The notes below the pieces were generated by a model, which saw nothing but the letters and a program-made list of their open reading frames with translations, had not been told where the DNA came from and searched no databases. Positions 9,809 to 19,096 of a stretch of DNA of 61,403 bases are shown in pieces. Position numbers and translations under genes: made by a program. The stretch's first letter is position 1, and each line of letters starts with the position of its first letter. The stretch is from an uncultured Methanosarcinales archaeon (GTDB lineage: Archaea; Nanobdellota; Nanobdellia; Woesearchaeales; GW2011-AR4), in assembly GCA_964585935.1 (NCBI GenBank), contig CAZPFO010000005.1, positions 1 through 61,403 of the forward strand, in the 5' to 3' direction.

Positions 9809-10951
9809 ATGGAAGTATATCTGGATAATGCTGCATCGACAAAAGTTGATGAGAATGTTGTAAAGGCTATGCTGCCTTACCTTACTGACAAGTATGGAAA
9901 TGCTTCCAGCTTTCATCAGTCTGGCCAGGAAGCAAAAGAAGCATTGGAAAACTCAAGAGAGATAATTGCAAAAAAACTGAATGCAAAGCCAGAAGAAATA
10001 ATTTTTACTTCAGGCGGAACAGAGTCAAACAATTTAGCTTTGAAAGGTGTGGCATTCGCAAACAGGGAAAAAGGCAGCCATATAATAACTTCAATGATAG
10101 AGCATGATTGCGTCTTAAGCACATGTAAATGGCTGGAAAAGCATGATTTTAAGGTTACTTACCTGGATGTTGACGAGGGTGGTTTTGTAAATCCTAAAGA
10201 TGTGGAAAAGGCTATAACAAAAGACACTATCCTAGTTTCAATAATACACGGGAACAATGAAATAGGAACAATAGAGCCAATAGAAGATATAGCTAAGATT
10301 TGCAGGGAAAAAGGAGTTTATTTTCACATAGATGCGTGCCAGAGCTTTACAAAAGTTCTGATAGATGCAAAAAATTTTGATTTGATAACAATCAATTCTC
10401 ATAAAATCCACGGCCCAAAGGGGGTTGGGGCCTTGTATATCAAAAAAGGCACTAAAATTGATTCAATGATGCAGGGTGGAGGCCATGAATTCAGTTTAAG
10501 GGCCGGGACTGAAAATGTATCTGGAATTGTTGGCTTTGCAAAAGCTGCAGAGGTTGCTGATGAGAAGGATATCAAGCATATGGCAAGGCTGAGGGATATG
10601 CTGATTGAGGGTGTGTTGAAAAAAATAAGTGATGTTCAGCTAAATGGGCCCAGGGAAAATAGGTTGTGCAACAATGTGAATATGGCTTTTAATTTTATTG
10701 AAGGGGAATCTTTAATGATGCATCTTGATGGAGAAGGAGTTATGGTATCTACCGGGTCTGCATGCAGCTCAAAAAGCCTTGAGCCAAGCCATGTTTTAAC
10801 AAGTATCGGGCTTAAGCCTGAGATTGCTCATGGCTCAATAAGAATGAGTTTGAGCAAATATACGACTAAAAAAGAGATTGAATATACAATAGATAATTTA
10901 GCTGAAGCTGTTAAAAAATTAAGGGAGATAAGCCCTTTAGTTAAGAATTAA
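9809..10951 (+). CDS. iscS: cysteine desulfurase IscS/NifS
   Basis: YLDNAAST, FTSGGTESNN, SHKIHGPKGVG (PLP Lys), STGSACSS (catalytic Cys). Confidence 0.96.
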   Translation: MEVYLDNAASTKVDENVVKAMLPYLTDKYGNASSFHQSGQEAKEALENSREIIAKKLNAKPEEIIFTSGGTESNNLALKGVAFANREKGSHIITSMIEHDCVLSTCKWLEKHDFKVTYLDVDEGGFVNPKDVEKAITKDTILVSIIHGNNEIGTIEPIEDIAKICREKGVYFHIDACQSFTKVLIDAKNFDLITINSHKIHGPKGVGALYIKKGTKIDSMMQGGGHEFSLRAGTENVSGIVGFAKAAEVADEKDIKHMARLRDMLIEGVLKKISDVQLNGPRENRLCNNVNMAFNFIEGESLMMHLDGEGVMVSTGSACSSKSLEPSHVLTSIGLKPEIAHGSIRMSLSKYTTKKEIEYTIDNLAEAVKKLREISPLVKN

Positions 10952-10986
10952 ATAAAATCATTATAAAAAACCAATTAAAAAATTAT

Positions 10987-11070
10987 TCAATAAATAAAAT
11001 TACCAATAAAAATTAACCATTGTTAAAATAAATTAAAAAAATAACCAATGAGTGCACGAACAATGGTTAA
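10987..11070. repeat. A-rich intergenic repeat (copy 1) with 12-bp inverted repeat
   Basis: 10987-11016 matches 20124-20153 at 29/30; 11043-11062 matches 20160-20179 at 18/20; TTAACCATTGTT(11013-11024)/AACAATGGTTAA(11059-11070). Confidence 0.7.
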
Positions 11071-11086
11071 AATTAAATAATAAATA

Positions 11087-11491
11087 TTGATTAAAATGTA
11101 CACAGAAAAGGTAATAGAGCTGTTCAGGAAACCGCACAACATGGGGGAGATTAAGGATGCGGATGGTATTGGTAAAGTGGGGAATCCTGTCTGTGGAGAT
11201 GTGATGGAACTTTACATCAAGGTAGGCAAGAATAAGAAGGGAGAAGAAGTAATTGAAGAGGTAAAGGTTAAAACTTTTGGTTGTGTTGCTGCGATTGCAA
11301 CCAGCTCTATCATAACAGATATGGTCAAAGGAAAGACAATTGAAGAAGCTAAGAAGATTGGCAAGATGGATGTGGCAAAGGAATTAGGAGGTTTGCCTCA
11401 AAACAAACTTCATTGTTCTGTATTGTCTGCAGATGCTTTGGCAAAGGCCATAGAGGATTATGAGGGGAAGAAAAAACATGATAAACAATAG
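11087..11491 (+). CDS. iscU: Fe-S cluster scaffold IscU/NifU
   Basis: GNPVCGD, KTFGCVAAIA, KLHCSVL: three conserved Cys. Confidence 0.95.
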   Translation: MIKMYTEKVIELFRKPHNMGEIKDADGIGKVGNPVCGDVMELYIKVGKNKKGEEVIEEVKVKTFGCVAAIATSSIITDMVKGKTIEEAKKIGKMDVAKELGGLPQNKLHCSVLSADALAKAIEDYEGKKKHDKQ

Positions 11492-11777
11492 ATCAACAAA
11501 CATTGAAGTTTGCTTGGTTCCCACAAACGATAATGGAATAGATCCAAATCAAGCCAGAGAAATCTTCAGTCAACAACTAGGTAGGATCATAGATAAATTT
11601 AAACTAAGGGGATATAGGGGTTTTGGTGTAATATCTAATCGTCATAAATTAGAAAATGGTGATCCTGATTTGAGGGTATACGGTGTTTATTGGGATAATA
11701 GTCATTCTGTATATAAGTTCAGAATGATTAGCGACAACTTATCCGCTTTTCCATACAAATACGTACCTGGATTATAA
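11460..11777 (+). CDS. hypothetical protein (probable start 11478)
   Basis: Fills gap between iscU and ttuA; no recognisable motif. Confidence 0.5.
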   Translation: MRGRKNMINNRSTNIEVCLVPTNDNGIDPNQAREIFSQQLGRIIDKFKLRGYRGFGVISNRHKLENGDPDLRVYGVYWDNSHSVYKFRMISDNLSAFPYKYVPGL

Positions 11778-11842
11778 ATGCCTGATTTGGAAATTCGATA
11801 ATTAAAGAAACCTTTTTAAAAAAATATTGATTCTAGGGGCTT

Positions 11843-12760
11843 ATGAAACCATGCTGCAATAAAAATCCAGTCTTTACCTTAACAGGCGGAGAGAAGCTTT
11901 GTAAAAATCATTTTCTTGGCTATTTTGAGAAGAAGGTAAGGAAGACAATAAGGACTCATAAGCTTATTGGAAAGAAAGAGGATATTTTAGTAGCTGTATC
12001 CGGCGGTAAAGACAGTACAGTAGCTTTGTTTTTATTAAATAAGATAATCAAAAACAAAAATGTAAAAATTGAAGCACTGCATATTGACCAGTCAATCGGC
12101 AATTACAGCAAAAAAAACAAGGAGAATATCAGGAAATTCTGCAAAAAATACAAGATAAAGCTGCATGAGACTTCTTTCAGGAAGGAATTTGGGTATTCTT
12201 TATGCTACATAGAATCTATACTGAAATCAAAAGGGGCTAATCTAAAATCGTGCAATATCTGCGGCATCTTGAGGAGGTATATTGTGAATAAAGCAGCTAA
12301 GAAGATGAAAGCGACAAAACTGGTTACCGGCCATAATCTTGATGATGAGGCTCAGAATGTAATCATGAATATTTTCAAGAACAATGTATCCTTGCTTTCA
12401 AGGCTCGGCCCAAAAACGGGTTTAGTAGAGGATAAAAAATTCGTTCCAAGAGTCAAGCCATTGTATTTCTGCACAGAAGAGGAAGTTACCTTGTACTGCA
12501 AACTTATGGATTTTGGAGTTGTCCTTGAGCCATGCCCTTGCTCTTTAGATTCTTACAGAAGATCAATTTTGAATATGCTTAATGATTTTGAAGAAAAAAA
12601 TCATGGCACAAAGTATGGAATCATCCAGTCCTTTTTAGATATAAAGCCTTTTCTTAAGACTAAGAATAAGGGCAAAATCAATGCCTGCAAAAAGTGTGGG
12701 GAAGCGGCTGCAAAGGATGTTTGCCAGAGCTGTAAGCTGATTGAGAAGCTGAAAAGATAG
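11843..12760 (+). CDS. ttuA: tRNA 2-thiolation protein, TtuA/Ncs6/TtcA family
   Basis: PP-loop SGGKDS, CNICGILRR, GHNLDDE, terminal zinc-finger Cys pairs. Confidence 0.88.
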   Translation: MKPCCNKNPVFTLTGGEKLCKNHFLGYFEKKVRKTIRTHKLIGKKEDILVAVSGGKDSTVALFLLNKIIKNKNVKIEALHIDQSIGNYSKKNKENIRKFCKKYKIKLHETSFRKEFGYSLCYIESILKSKGANLKSCNICGILRRYIVNKAAKKMKATKLVTGHNLDDEAQNVIMNIFKNNVSLLSRLGPKTGLVEDKKFVPRVKPLYFCTEEEVTLYCKLMDFGVVLEPCPCSLDSYRRSILNMLNDFEEKNHGTKYGIIQSFLDIKPFLKTKNKGKINACKKCGEAAAKDVCQSCKLIEKLKR

Positions 12761-12993
12761 GGCGTATTCTATATTTAATTTAAAGAATGTCCGGATATAT
12801 TTACAGAATGTTACCTGATCTTTATTTAAAATGCCCTCAATAGCTACCTAAATCCTGGTTCAGAGTCTGAAGAAATAGAAAAAAGGTTAAAGGAAAACAG
12901 TATAAAGGTAAGGAAAGAATGCAGTATAAGAGCGATAAGTGTTGATCCTAATTCTCTATAACTGTTTATATCAGATAAACGAAGGGTTTATAT

Positions 12994-13028
12994 ATTAGTT
13001 ATACTTTTACGTATAATTAGTTATACTT
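12994..13028. promoter_or_regulatory. direct repeat ATTAGTTATACTT x2 downstream of TATA, candidate vapBC operator
   Basis: Identical 13-mers at 12994-13006 and 13016-13028 (22-bp period), TATA TTTATATA at 12987-12994. Confidence 0.6.
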
Positions 13029-13032
13029 AAGG

Positions 13033-13248
13033 GTGATACATTTGACTATGGCAGAAGCAAGAGTTAAACAATGGGGGAATTCTTTAGGGTTAATAATACC
13101 CAAAGAGATAGCTAAGCTTGAAAATCTGCATCAAGGGGATGTAGTAAAATTAGAGATATCAAAAGAAAGAAGGATAAACGGGTTTGGAATGTTTAAAGGA
13201 ATACCTTCATTTAAGGAAGAAAAAGAAGAGCATGCTGAGTTCTGGTAA
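13033..13248 (+). CDS. vapB: AbrB/MazE/SpoVT-type antitoxin (VapB-like)
   Basis: VKQWGNSLGLIIPKEIA motif; 2 bp upstream of PIN gene. Confidence 0.9.
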   Translation: MIHLTMAEARVKQWGNSLGLIIPKEIAKLENLHQGDVVKLEISKERRINGFGMFKGIPSFKEEKEEHAEFW

Positions 13249-13250
13249 AA

Positions 13251-13637
13251 ATGATTTACATTGTAGATACTTATGCCTGGATAGAATATTTCAAGGGGTC
13301 TAAACACGGTGCTATACTAAAAAACTTATTTAAAAAAGAGAATGATAAATTTGTAACAATGGAATGTTGCATAGCAGAATTAGGTGGTTTTTGTTTAAAG
13401 AATAAGATGGATTTTAACAGACTATATAATGTTGTAAAAACTAACTCAATTATTCTACCTGTTTTGACGGCTCAATGGCTTAATGCTGCCAAAATAAGGT
13501 TTGAGTTAAGAAAGAAAATGAAAACTTTTGGGTTGATTGATGCTATTTTAGTAGCAAAACAGCAAGAACTTAAATGCAAGGTTGTTAGTGGGGACCCTCA
13601 TTTTAAGAATCTGAAGAATGTTGTTTATATTGGATAA
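13251..13637 (+). CDS. vapC: PIN-domain toxin (VapC-like)
   Basis: IVDTYAWIEYF, E, LIDAILVA, SGDPHF acidic PIN residues. Confidence 0.92.
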   Translation: MIYIVDTYAWIEYFKGSKHGAILKNLFKKENDKFVTMECCIAELGGFCLKNKMDFNRLYNVVKTNSIILPVLTAQWLNAAKIRFELRKKMKTFGLIDAILVAKQQELKCKVVSGDPHFKNLKNVVYIG

Positions 13638-13679
13638 TTGCAATAATATTAAATGCCAAAAACAAAAAACTGGCTTTAC

Positions 13680-14609
13680 TTAAGACTCTCCGCATAATTT
13701 CAGCAATTTCTTCCAGTCTTCTTCTGCTTTCTTTTGTATCATATCAACCATATGTTTGTTTTTTGGCTGGAATAAGTGCTTAAACCTGCCCTGATCTTTC
13801 ATGAACTCAGAGACCGGAATTTCATTAGATGGTTTATAATTTAACTTATAAATTCCGTTTTCAACTTCATATAGAGGCCAAAACCTGGATTCAACTGCTA
13901 ATTTAGCCATCTCTATTGTTCTATTAGGAGGGTATCGCCATCCTAAATTGCATGGCTGCAAAACATTAAGGAAAGCAGGGCCATCAGCATTAAAAGCTTT
14001 CTCTGCCTTGTTGTAAAGGTCAACTATATTGCTTAAAGATGCCTGGGCAACATAAGGAATATGATGAGCAACTGCAATTGCAGTTATGTCTTTTCTCCAC
14101 TCTTCCTTGCCCTGGTGGACTTTGCCTGCGGGAGCTGTTGTTGTCGAGGCTCCATAAGGCGTTGCAGAGCTTCTCTGGATTCCGGTGTTCATATAAGCCT
14201 CATTGTCATACAAAACATAAACAAACTTATGGCCCCTTTCTAAGGCTCCGGATAATGATTGCAGGCCAATATCATAAGTTCCTCCATCCCCGCCGAAAGC
14301 TACGAAATTGATATCTTCTTTGATTTTGCCTTTTTTCTTCAAAACCTTAAAAGCAGCCTCAGCTCCTGAAATTGTTGAAGCTGCGTTCTCAAATGCATTG
14401 TGGATGAATGGAACATTCCATGAGCTGAAAGGGTAGATTGTTGTTGTTACTTCAAGGCAGCCTGTTGCAGAGCATACAACTACGGGCTTAGAAGATGCTG
14501 CTAATGCAGTTCTTACTATCATCGGTATCCCGCAGCCTGCGCAGGTCCTATGGCCTCCTACTAGCTTTTTTTCTTCAAGCTTTTTTGCGATATCTTTTAT
14601 TGTTGTCAT
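13680..14609 (-). CDS. porB: pyruvate:ferredoxin oxidoreductase beta subunit
   Basis: GHRTCAGC, ATGCLEV, GGDGG TPP-binding motif, YMNTGIQRS. Confidence 0.95.
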   Translation of the reverse strand: MTTIKDIAKKLEEKKLVGGHRTCAGCGIPMIVRTALAASSKPVVVCSATGCLEVTTTIYPFSSWNVPFIHNAFENAASTISGAEAAFKVLKKKGKIKEDINFVAFGGDGGTYDIGLQSLSGALERGHKFVYVLYDNEAYMNTGIQRSSATPYGASTTTAPAGKVHQGKEEWRKDITAIAVAHHIPYVAQASLSNIVDLYNKAEKAFNADGPAFLNVLQPCNLGWRYPPNRTIEMAKLAVESRFWPLYEVENGIYKLNYKPSNEIPVSEFMKDQGRFKHLFQPKNKHMVDMIQKKAEEDWKKLLKLCGES

Positions 14610-15772
14610 TCTCTCAAACCTATGAATTTAACTTTATCAGTGATTTTATTTTTTAACAGATCATTAAACAAGGATTCAATATCCTGTTCTGAAATATCCC
14701 TGCCTCCTAAGCCGAATAAGACACTTTGCAGTTTTGGCTTTTTGTTTAGGCTGTATAATGAATTCCTTATTTCCTTGAATAAAGGAGCGTGTGCGCCAAA
14801 GCTTGCGCTCCTGTCCAGGACAGCAACGACATCAATATTTTTCAGGGCATTTGCAATCTCTTTGTAAGGGAATGGCCTGAATAATCTAAGTTTTAACAAC
14901 CCGACTTTTTTGCCCTCCTGGCGCATCCTGTCAATAACTGCTTTTGCTGTTCCGGCAGTTGAATTTAGTACAACAATAACCGCTTTTGCTCCTTTTGTTT
15001 TGTACTCCTCAAAATAATGATAATCCCTTTTTGTCAATTTTGAAAGTTCCTTGCCTGTATCCAAAAAAATCTTGTAAGCATCTTCCATAGATTCAATTTG
15101 CTGCCTTTTCATCTCAAAATAAGAATCCTGCAATGGAAAAGGACCGTGAGTAGTGGGATTTTTAACATCAAGCAGAGGCTTGTATGGCTTATATTCTCCT
15201 ACAAACTTATTTACAACAGAATCTTCAAAAACTTCTACTTTTTCAAGGCTATGGGAGGTTATGAAGCCGTCCTGCATAACCATGACAGGCAGCAATATTT
15301 TTTTATTTTCAGCCAGCCTTACAGCAAGAATTGTGTGTTCGTAAACTTCCTGAGCATCTTCAGAATAAATCTGTATCCATGATGAGTCTCTTGCGCCCAT
15401 TGAGTCTGCATGATCACAATGTATATTTATAGGGCCTGATAAGGCTCTGTTGACAACATTCATTACAATAGGCAAGCGTAAACCAGAAGCTATGCCTAAA
15501 ATTTCCCACATCAATGCTAATCCTGCTGAAGAGGTTGCAGTCATTACTCTTGCGCCTGCTGCTGACGCACCCACACAGGCTGACATGGCTGAATGCTCTG
15601 ACTCAACTCTAATCATTTCTGAATCTACAATACCATCTGCCACAAACTTTGCAAAAGTCATTGCTATGTCTGTTTGTGGTGTAATAGGGTAAGCTGGAAC
15701 AACATCCGGGTTAATCTGCCTCATTGCTTCTGCAACTGCCTGGTCTCCGGTTAAGGCTTTGGTTTTGGTCAT
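14606..15772 (-). CDS. porA: pyruvate:ferredoxin oxidoreductase alpha subunit
   Basis: AYPITPQT, ESEHSAMSACVGA, NRALSGP, FGLGGRD. Confidence 0.95.
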   Translation of the reverse strand: MTKTKALTGDQAVAEAMRQINPDVVPAYPITPQTDIAMTFAKFVADGIVDSEMIRVESEHSAMSACVGASAAGARVMTATSSAGLALMWEILGIASGLRLPIVMNVVNRALSGPINIHCDHADSMGARDSSWIQIYSEDAQEVYEHTILAVRLAENKKILLPVMVMQDGFITSHSLEKVEVFEDSVVNKFVGEYKPYKPLLDVKNPTTHGPFPLQDSYFEMKRQQIESMEDAYKIFLDTGKELSKLTKRDYHYFEEYKTKGAKAVIVVLNSTAGTAKAVIDRMRQEGKKVGLLKLRLFRPFPYKEIANALKNIDVVAVLDRSASFGAHAPLFKEIRNSLYSLNKKPKLQSVLFGLGGRDISEQDIESLFNDLLKNKITDKVKFIGLRE

Positions 15773-16047
15773 TTTTTAGGTTTTTGGTTTTTGAATTTAT
15801 TAATAAAAATGTATATTGAACATGAAACGAAATACAAAAATGCCAATAGTATTATTACAAAAATCAGATGTGATATGTTGGTTATAGCCATTATAAATCT
15901 TGTTAAAAGTGTTAATTTGCCAAAAATTGGACTAAAAAGATCATAATAAATTACCAATATCAAAAAGACAAGTGGTACAATTAATTTTCCTACAGTCGGC
16001 TTAAAAAACTCTTTCCAGTTCATTTTTCCTCTTCCATCTTTATGCAT
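15769..16047 (-). CDS. small membrane protein inserted within por operon
   Basis: Two hydrophobic segments, WKEFFKPT start motif; overlaps porD stop and porA start. Confidence 0.65.
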   Translation of the reverse strand: MHKDGRGKMNWKEFFKPTVGKLIVPLVFLILVIYYDLFSPIFGKLTLLTRFIMAITNISHLIFVIILLAFLYFVSCSIYIFINKFKNQKPKK

Positions 16048-16292
16048 TTTACAGGGCAGACTTCAGCGCAGATGGCGCAGCCTTTACAAAAATCAAAATC
16101 AGTCTCTTTTCTCTTGCCATCTTTTGAGGGAATGCAGTTTTCAGGGCAGTCAACAACGCAAATCATGCAGTGAATGCACTTTGCTTTATCCCATATTGGC
16201 CTGAATGATTTCCAAGGACCTGTTTTGAACTTTAGGGATGAGGCTGGTTCTGTCAAGCCCCCTATTTCCATTTCCTTCCATGATTTTTTCAT
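16020..16292 (-). CDS. porD: pyruvate:ferredoxin oxidoreductase delta subunit (2x[4Fe-4S])
   Basis: KTGPWKSFRP, CIHCMICVVDCP, CKGCAICAEVCP. Confidence 0.95.
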   Translation of the reverse strand: MKKSWKEMEIGGLTEPASSLKFKTGPWKSFRPIWDKAKCIHCMICVVDCPENCIPSKDGKRKETDFDFCKGCAICAEVCPVKCIKMEEEK

Positions 16293-16308
16293 TTTATTTA
16301 CTTAGTAC

Positions 16309-16872
16309 TTAATCAGCCAGATGCTTACCATTAATCAAACTTTGGATTGTTTTTTCTGTTTTTTCTTCTCCAATTTTGCTGAAGAATTTTTCTTTTATCT
16401 TATTTTTTAATGACTCTACTGATACAATATTGGTAATTTTAACCAAGGCTCCAAGCATAGGAATGTTTGGCAGATTTTTTCCAAGGATATCAATGGATAT
16501 CTGTGTTGCATCTAATGTATGAATTTTGCCGTTGAATTTTGTCTTTTGCCTTATCTCGGCAGGAGTTTCAGATGTATTTACGATAAGGATTCCTTTAGAG
16601 CCTAAGCCTTCTGTTGCATCCACCATGCCAATTAAAGTGCCATCGATAACCAGGACAATATCAGGCGATGTAATTGGAGCATATGTATGTATTGGCTTAT
16701 CAGAGATTCTGGCATAAGCTACAATTGGTGCCCCTCTTCTCTCAGGGCCGTATTCAGGAAATGCCTTGATGTGCTTTCCCTGGTCCAAGGCTGCCTCAAC
16801 TATGAACTGGGAAGCTGTCTTGGCTCCCTGGCCGCCCCTGCCATGAATCCTTATTTCCAGAATATCCCTCAT
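16309..16872 (-). CDS. porG: pyruvate:ferredoxin oxidoreductase gamma subunit
   Basis: IRIHGRGGQGAKTA, FPEYGPERRGAP, NIPMLGAL. Confidence 0.95.
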   Translation of the reverse strand: MRDILEIRIHGRGGQGAKTASQFIVEAALDQGKHIKAFPEYGPERRGAPIVAYARISDKPIHTYAPITSPDIVLVIDGTLIGMVDATEGLGSKGILIVNTSETPAEIRQKTKFNGKIHTLDATQISIDILGKNLPNIPMLGALVKITNIVSVESLKNKIKEKFFSKIGEEKTEKTIQSLINGKHLAD

Positions 16873-16983
16873 AGCCCCTGTTGCCTGTTTTTATTATATA
16901 AATCTTTTCTTTTTGGTTTTAAAAGCTTTAAGAAGTTAATTTAAATAAAAAAATATATATAAGAGTTAAAGAATAGTTATAAC

Positions 16984-18609
16984 ATGAGAAAATTTTTGAT
17001 TATTTTTGTTTTGGGCTTAATTTATGTAACTTCTTGTGCTATATATGATGATACTTATAAGTGTGAAGAATATAAAAATCAGAGTGATAAAGATGTCTGT
17101 TATCTTAATATCAGTCTGAAAAAAGTGGATGAATCTACCTGTAAAAAGATTCAAAATCAGAATTGGAAAGAAGGTTGTTATTTTAATATTTCAGTATCTA
17201 AAAAAAACCACATTATTTGTGATAATATCCAAAGCCCAGATATTAAAAATAAGTGTTACAGTGAGATAGGTATATTAAAAAATGATATCACTATTTGTAA
17301 ACAGATTCAAACACCCTATGCTGGGGATTATTGTTATAGTAAAGTAAGCCTTGCAACACTAGATTTTACTATTTGTGAGAATATTCAAAGTTTAAGCATG
17401 AGGAATAGCTGTTACCTTGCTCACCAACAAACGAGAAAAGACCCTTCTAACTGCGATAATATTAAGAATCAAGTTGAAAAAGATTTATGTTATTCTACTG
17501 CAGCTCAATTAACAGAGGAGATTTCTATTTGCAATAATATTCAGAATAAAGGGACAAAAGATTTCTGTTATAGTAGTGTGGGTATAACATTGGGCAACTT
17601 ATCCATTTGCGATAGTATGCAAGACCAGGTTTCTAGAAATCATTGTTATAGTGGTTTAGGTAAATCTATGCAAAATATTTCCATCTGTAACGATATTGAA
17701 GATGATGAGGGGAGGGATTTCTGTTATGCTCAAGTGGGAATAGCAAAAAAAGATCCAGTTATTTGTAGCAAGATCCAAAATCAAGACCAGAAAAATTGGT
17801 GTTATAGAGATGTAGGCATTGCCAAGAATGTAGCATCTAGGTGCAACTTAGTGCAAAATCAAGGTCAGAAAGATGTGTGTTTTAAAGAGGTAGCAAAAAC
17901 AGAGGGGGATATCGCCATATGCGAGAACATTCAAAATAAAGACGAAAAAGATTTATGTTATTATAGAGTAGCTGAGATAAAAGGAAATCTACTTTTTTGT
18001 GATAAGATAAGTGGTCAATCTGTTAAAAACTTTTGTTATAGGGATTTAGGTCATGTAAAAAGTGATATTTCTATCTGTGGAGATATTCAAAGTCTAAATG
18101 AGAAAGATTCGTGTTATAGTAGTATAGCAGAAAAATTGCAGAACACTACTTTTTGTAATAATATCCAAAATACAGAAATAAAGGATCTATGTTACTGGAG
18201 GATAGCATTATCGAAAGATGAAATTGGTATTTGTGACTATGTTCAAAGTTTCAGTATAAAAGATGATTGCTATATCCGTTTTGATTTAAAAATTTATAAC
18301 AGCTCTGTTTGTAACAATATCCATGATCAATATTGGAGAGACGACTGTTATTTTAAGGTAGGTATAGCAAAAAATGATATATCTATTTGCAACAAGAACC
18401 AGAATAAAGTTCAGAAAGATTGGTGTTTTACAAAAGTAGGCATAGCGAAACTTAATCTTAGTATTTGTAATCAAATTGGGGCTGAAGCTTATAAAAATAA
18501 TTGTTATATCGGAATAAGCGTTGAAAAAAATGATACTTCTATATGCGATAATATTGAAAATCAGACATTTAAAGATAACTGCTATACTCAAGTGGCTATA
18601 GCAAGTTAA
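16984..18609 (+). CDS. secreted/lipid-anchored protein of 20 tandem 26-aa Cys repeats
   Basis: Hydrophobic leader ending VTSC; repeat C-x11-C[YF]-x12 counted 20 times. Confidence 0.85.
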   Translation: MRKFLIIFVLGLIYVTSCAIYDDTYKCEEYKNQSDKDVCYLNISLKKVDESTCKKIQNQNWKEGCYFNISVSKKNHIICDNIQSPDIKNKCYSEIGILKNDITICKQIQTPYAGDYCYSKVSLATLDFTICENIQSLSMRNSCYLAHQQTRKDPSNCDNIKNQVEKDLCYSTAAQLTEEISICNNIQNKGTKDFCYSSVGITLGNLSICDSMQDQVSRNHCYSGLGKSMQNISICNDIEDDEGRDFCYAQVGIAKKDPVICSKIQNQDQKNWCYRDVGIAKNVASRCNLVQNQGQKDVCFKEVAKTEGDIAICENIQNKDEKDLCYYRVAEIKGNLLFCDKISGQSVKNFCYRDLGHVKSDISICGDIQSLNEKDSCYSSIAEKLQNTTFCNNIQNTEIKDLCYWRIALSKDEIGICDYVQSFSIKDDCYIRFDLKIYNSSVCNNIHDQYWRDDCYFKVGIAKNDISICNKNQNKVQKDWCFTKVGIAKLNLSICNQIGAEAYKNNCYIGISVEKNDTSICDNIENQTFKDNCYTQVAIAS

Positions 18610-18669
18610 GTTACTTCATTTAGGAGTACAATAAAAACCTTTTTATATAAGCAAATACACCTTATTTAT

Positions 18670-18888
18670 GTGATATTAATGGCTGAAAAAATAACAAAAG
18701 ATATGACAATCGGGGAAGTTGTGAGTAAATTTCCAAAGACAGCAAAGGTTTTGATGGAGAAAGGGATGGCTTGCGTTGGATGTCATGTGGCTTTTAATGA
18801 AACGCTTGAGCAAGGATTAAAGGCGCATGGAGCCAGCGATAAGGATGTCGAAGAGGCAATGAAAGAGATGAACAAGGCTTTGGGATAG
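18670..18888 (+). CDS. DUF1858-like small protein (hybrid-cluster-associated redox domain)
   Basis: ITKDMTIGEVV..FP....VL...GM.CVGC.....ETLEQG..AHG. Confidence 0.85.
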   Translation: MILMAEKITKDMTIGEVVSKFPKTAKVLMEKGMACVGCHVAFNETLEQGLKAHGASDKDVEEAMKEMNKALG

Positions 18889-18901
18889 ATTTTTCTTTCT
18901 A

Positions 18902-19056
18902 AAGAACCACCCGTCATAGACGGGCGGGATTCAGCTTGGTGTTTCCCTCCAATCTTTTGACGGGCGGTTCTTAGTGCTCAGAAATTTTCCATAATCTCAG
19001 ATGGAGATTGGCTTTCAGCCACCAGTTACAAACTGGTGGAAAATTTCCGACATTTT
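18902..19056. repeat. nested palindromic intergenic element (copy A)
   Basis: AAGAACCACCCGTCA(18902-18916)/TGACGGGCGGTTCTT(18958-18972); GAAATTTTCCA(18981-18991)/TGGAAAATTTC(19037-19047) enclosing three small hairpins; ends GACATTTT. Confidence 0.8.
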
Positions 19057-19096
19057 AACAAAAAACTTAATAAACCTCAAAAACACCTGATTCTAT

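Noticed and set aside
12830-12961. Open frame fragment (…PGSESEEIEKRLKENSIKVRKECSIRAISVDPNSL) between ttuA and vapB
   Set aside because: No in-frame start codon or RBS and no recognisable homology; may be a gene remnant but cannot be supported
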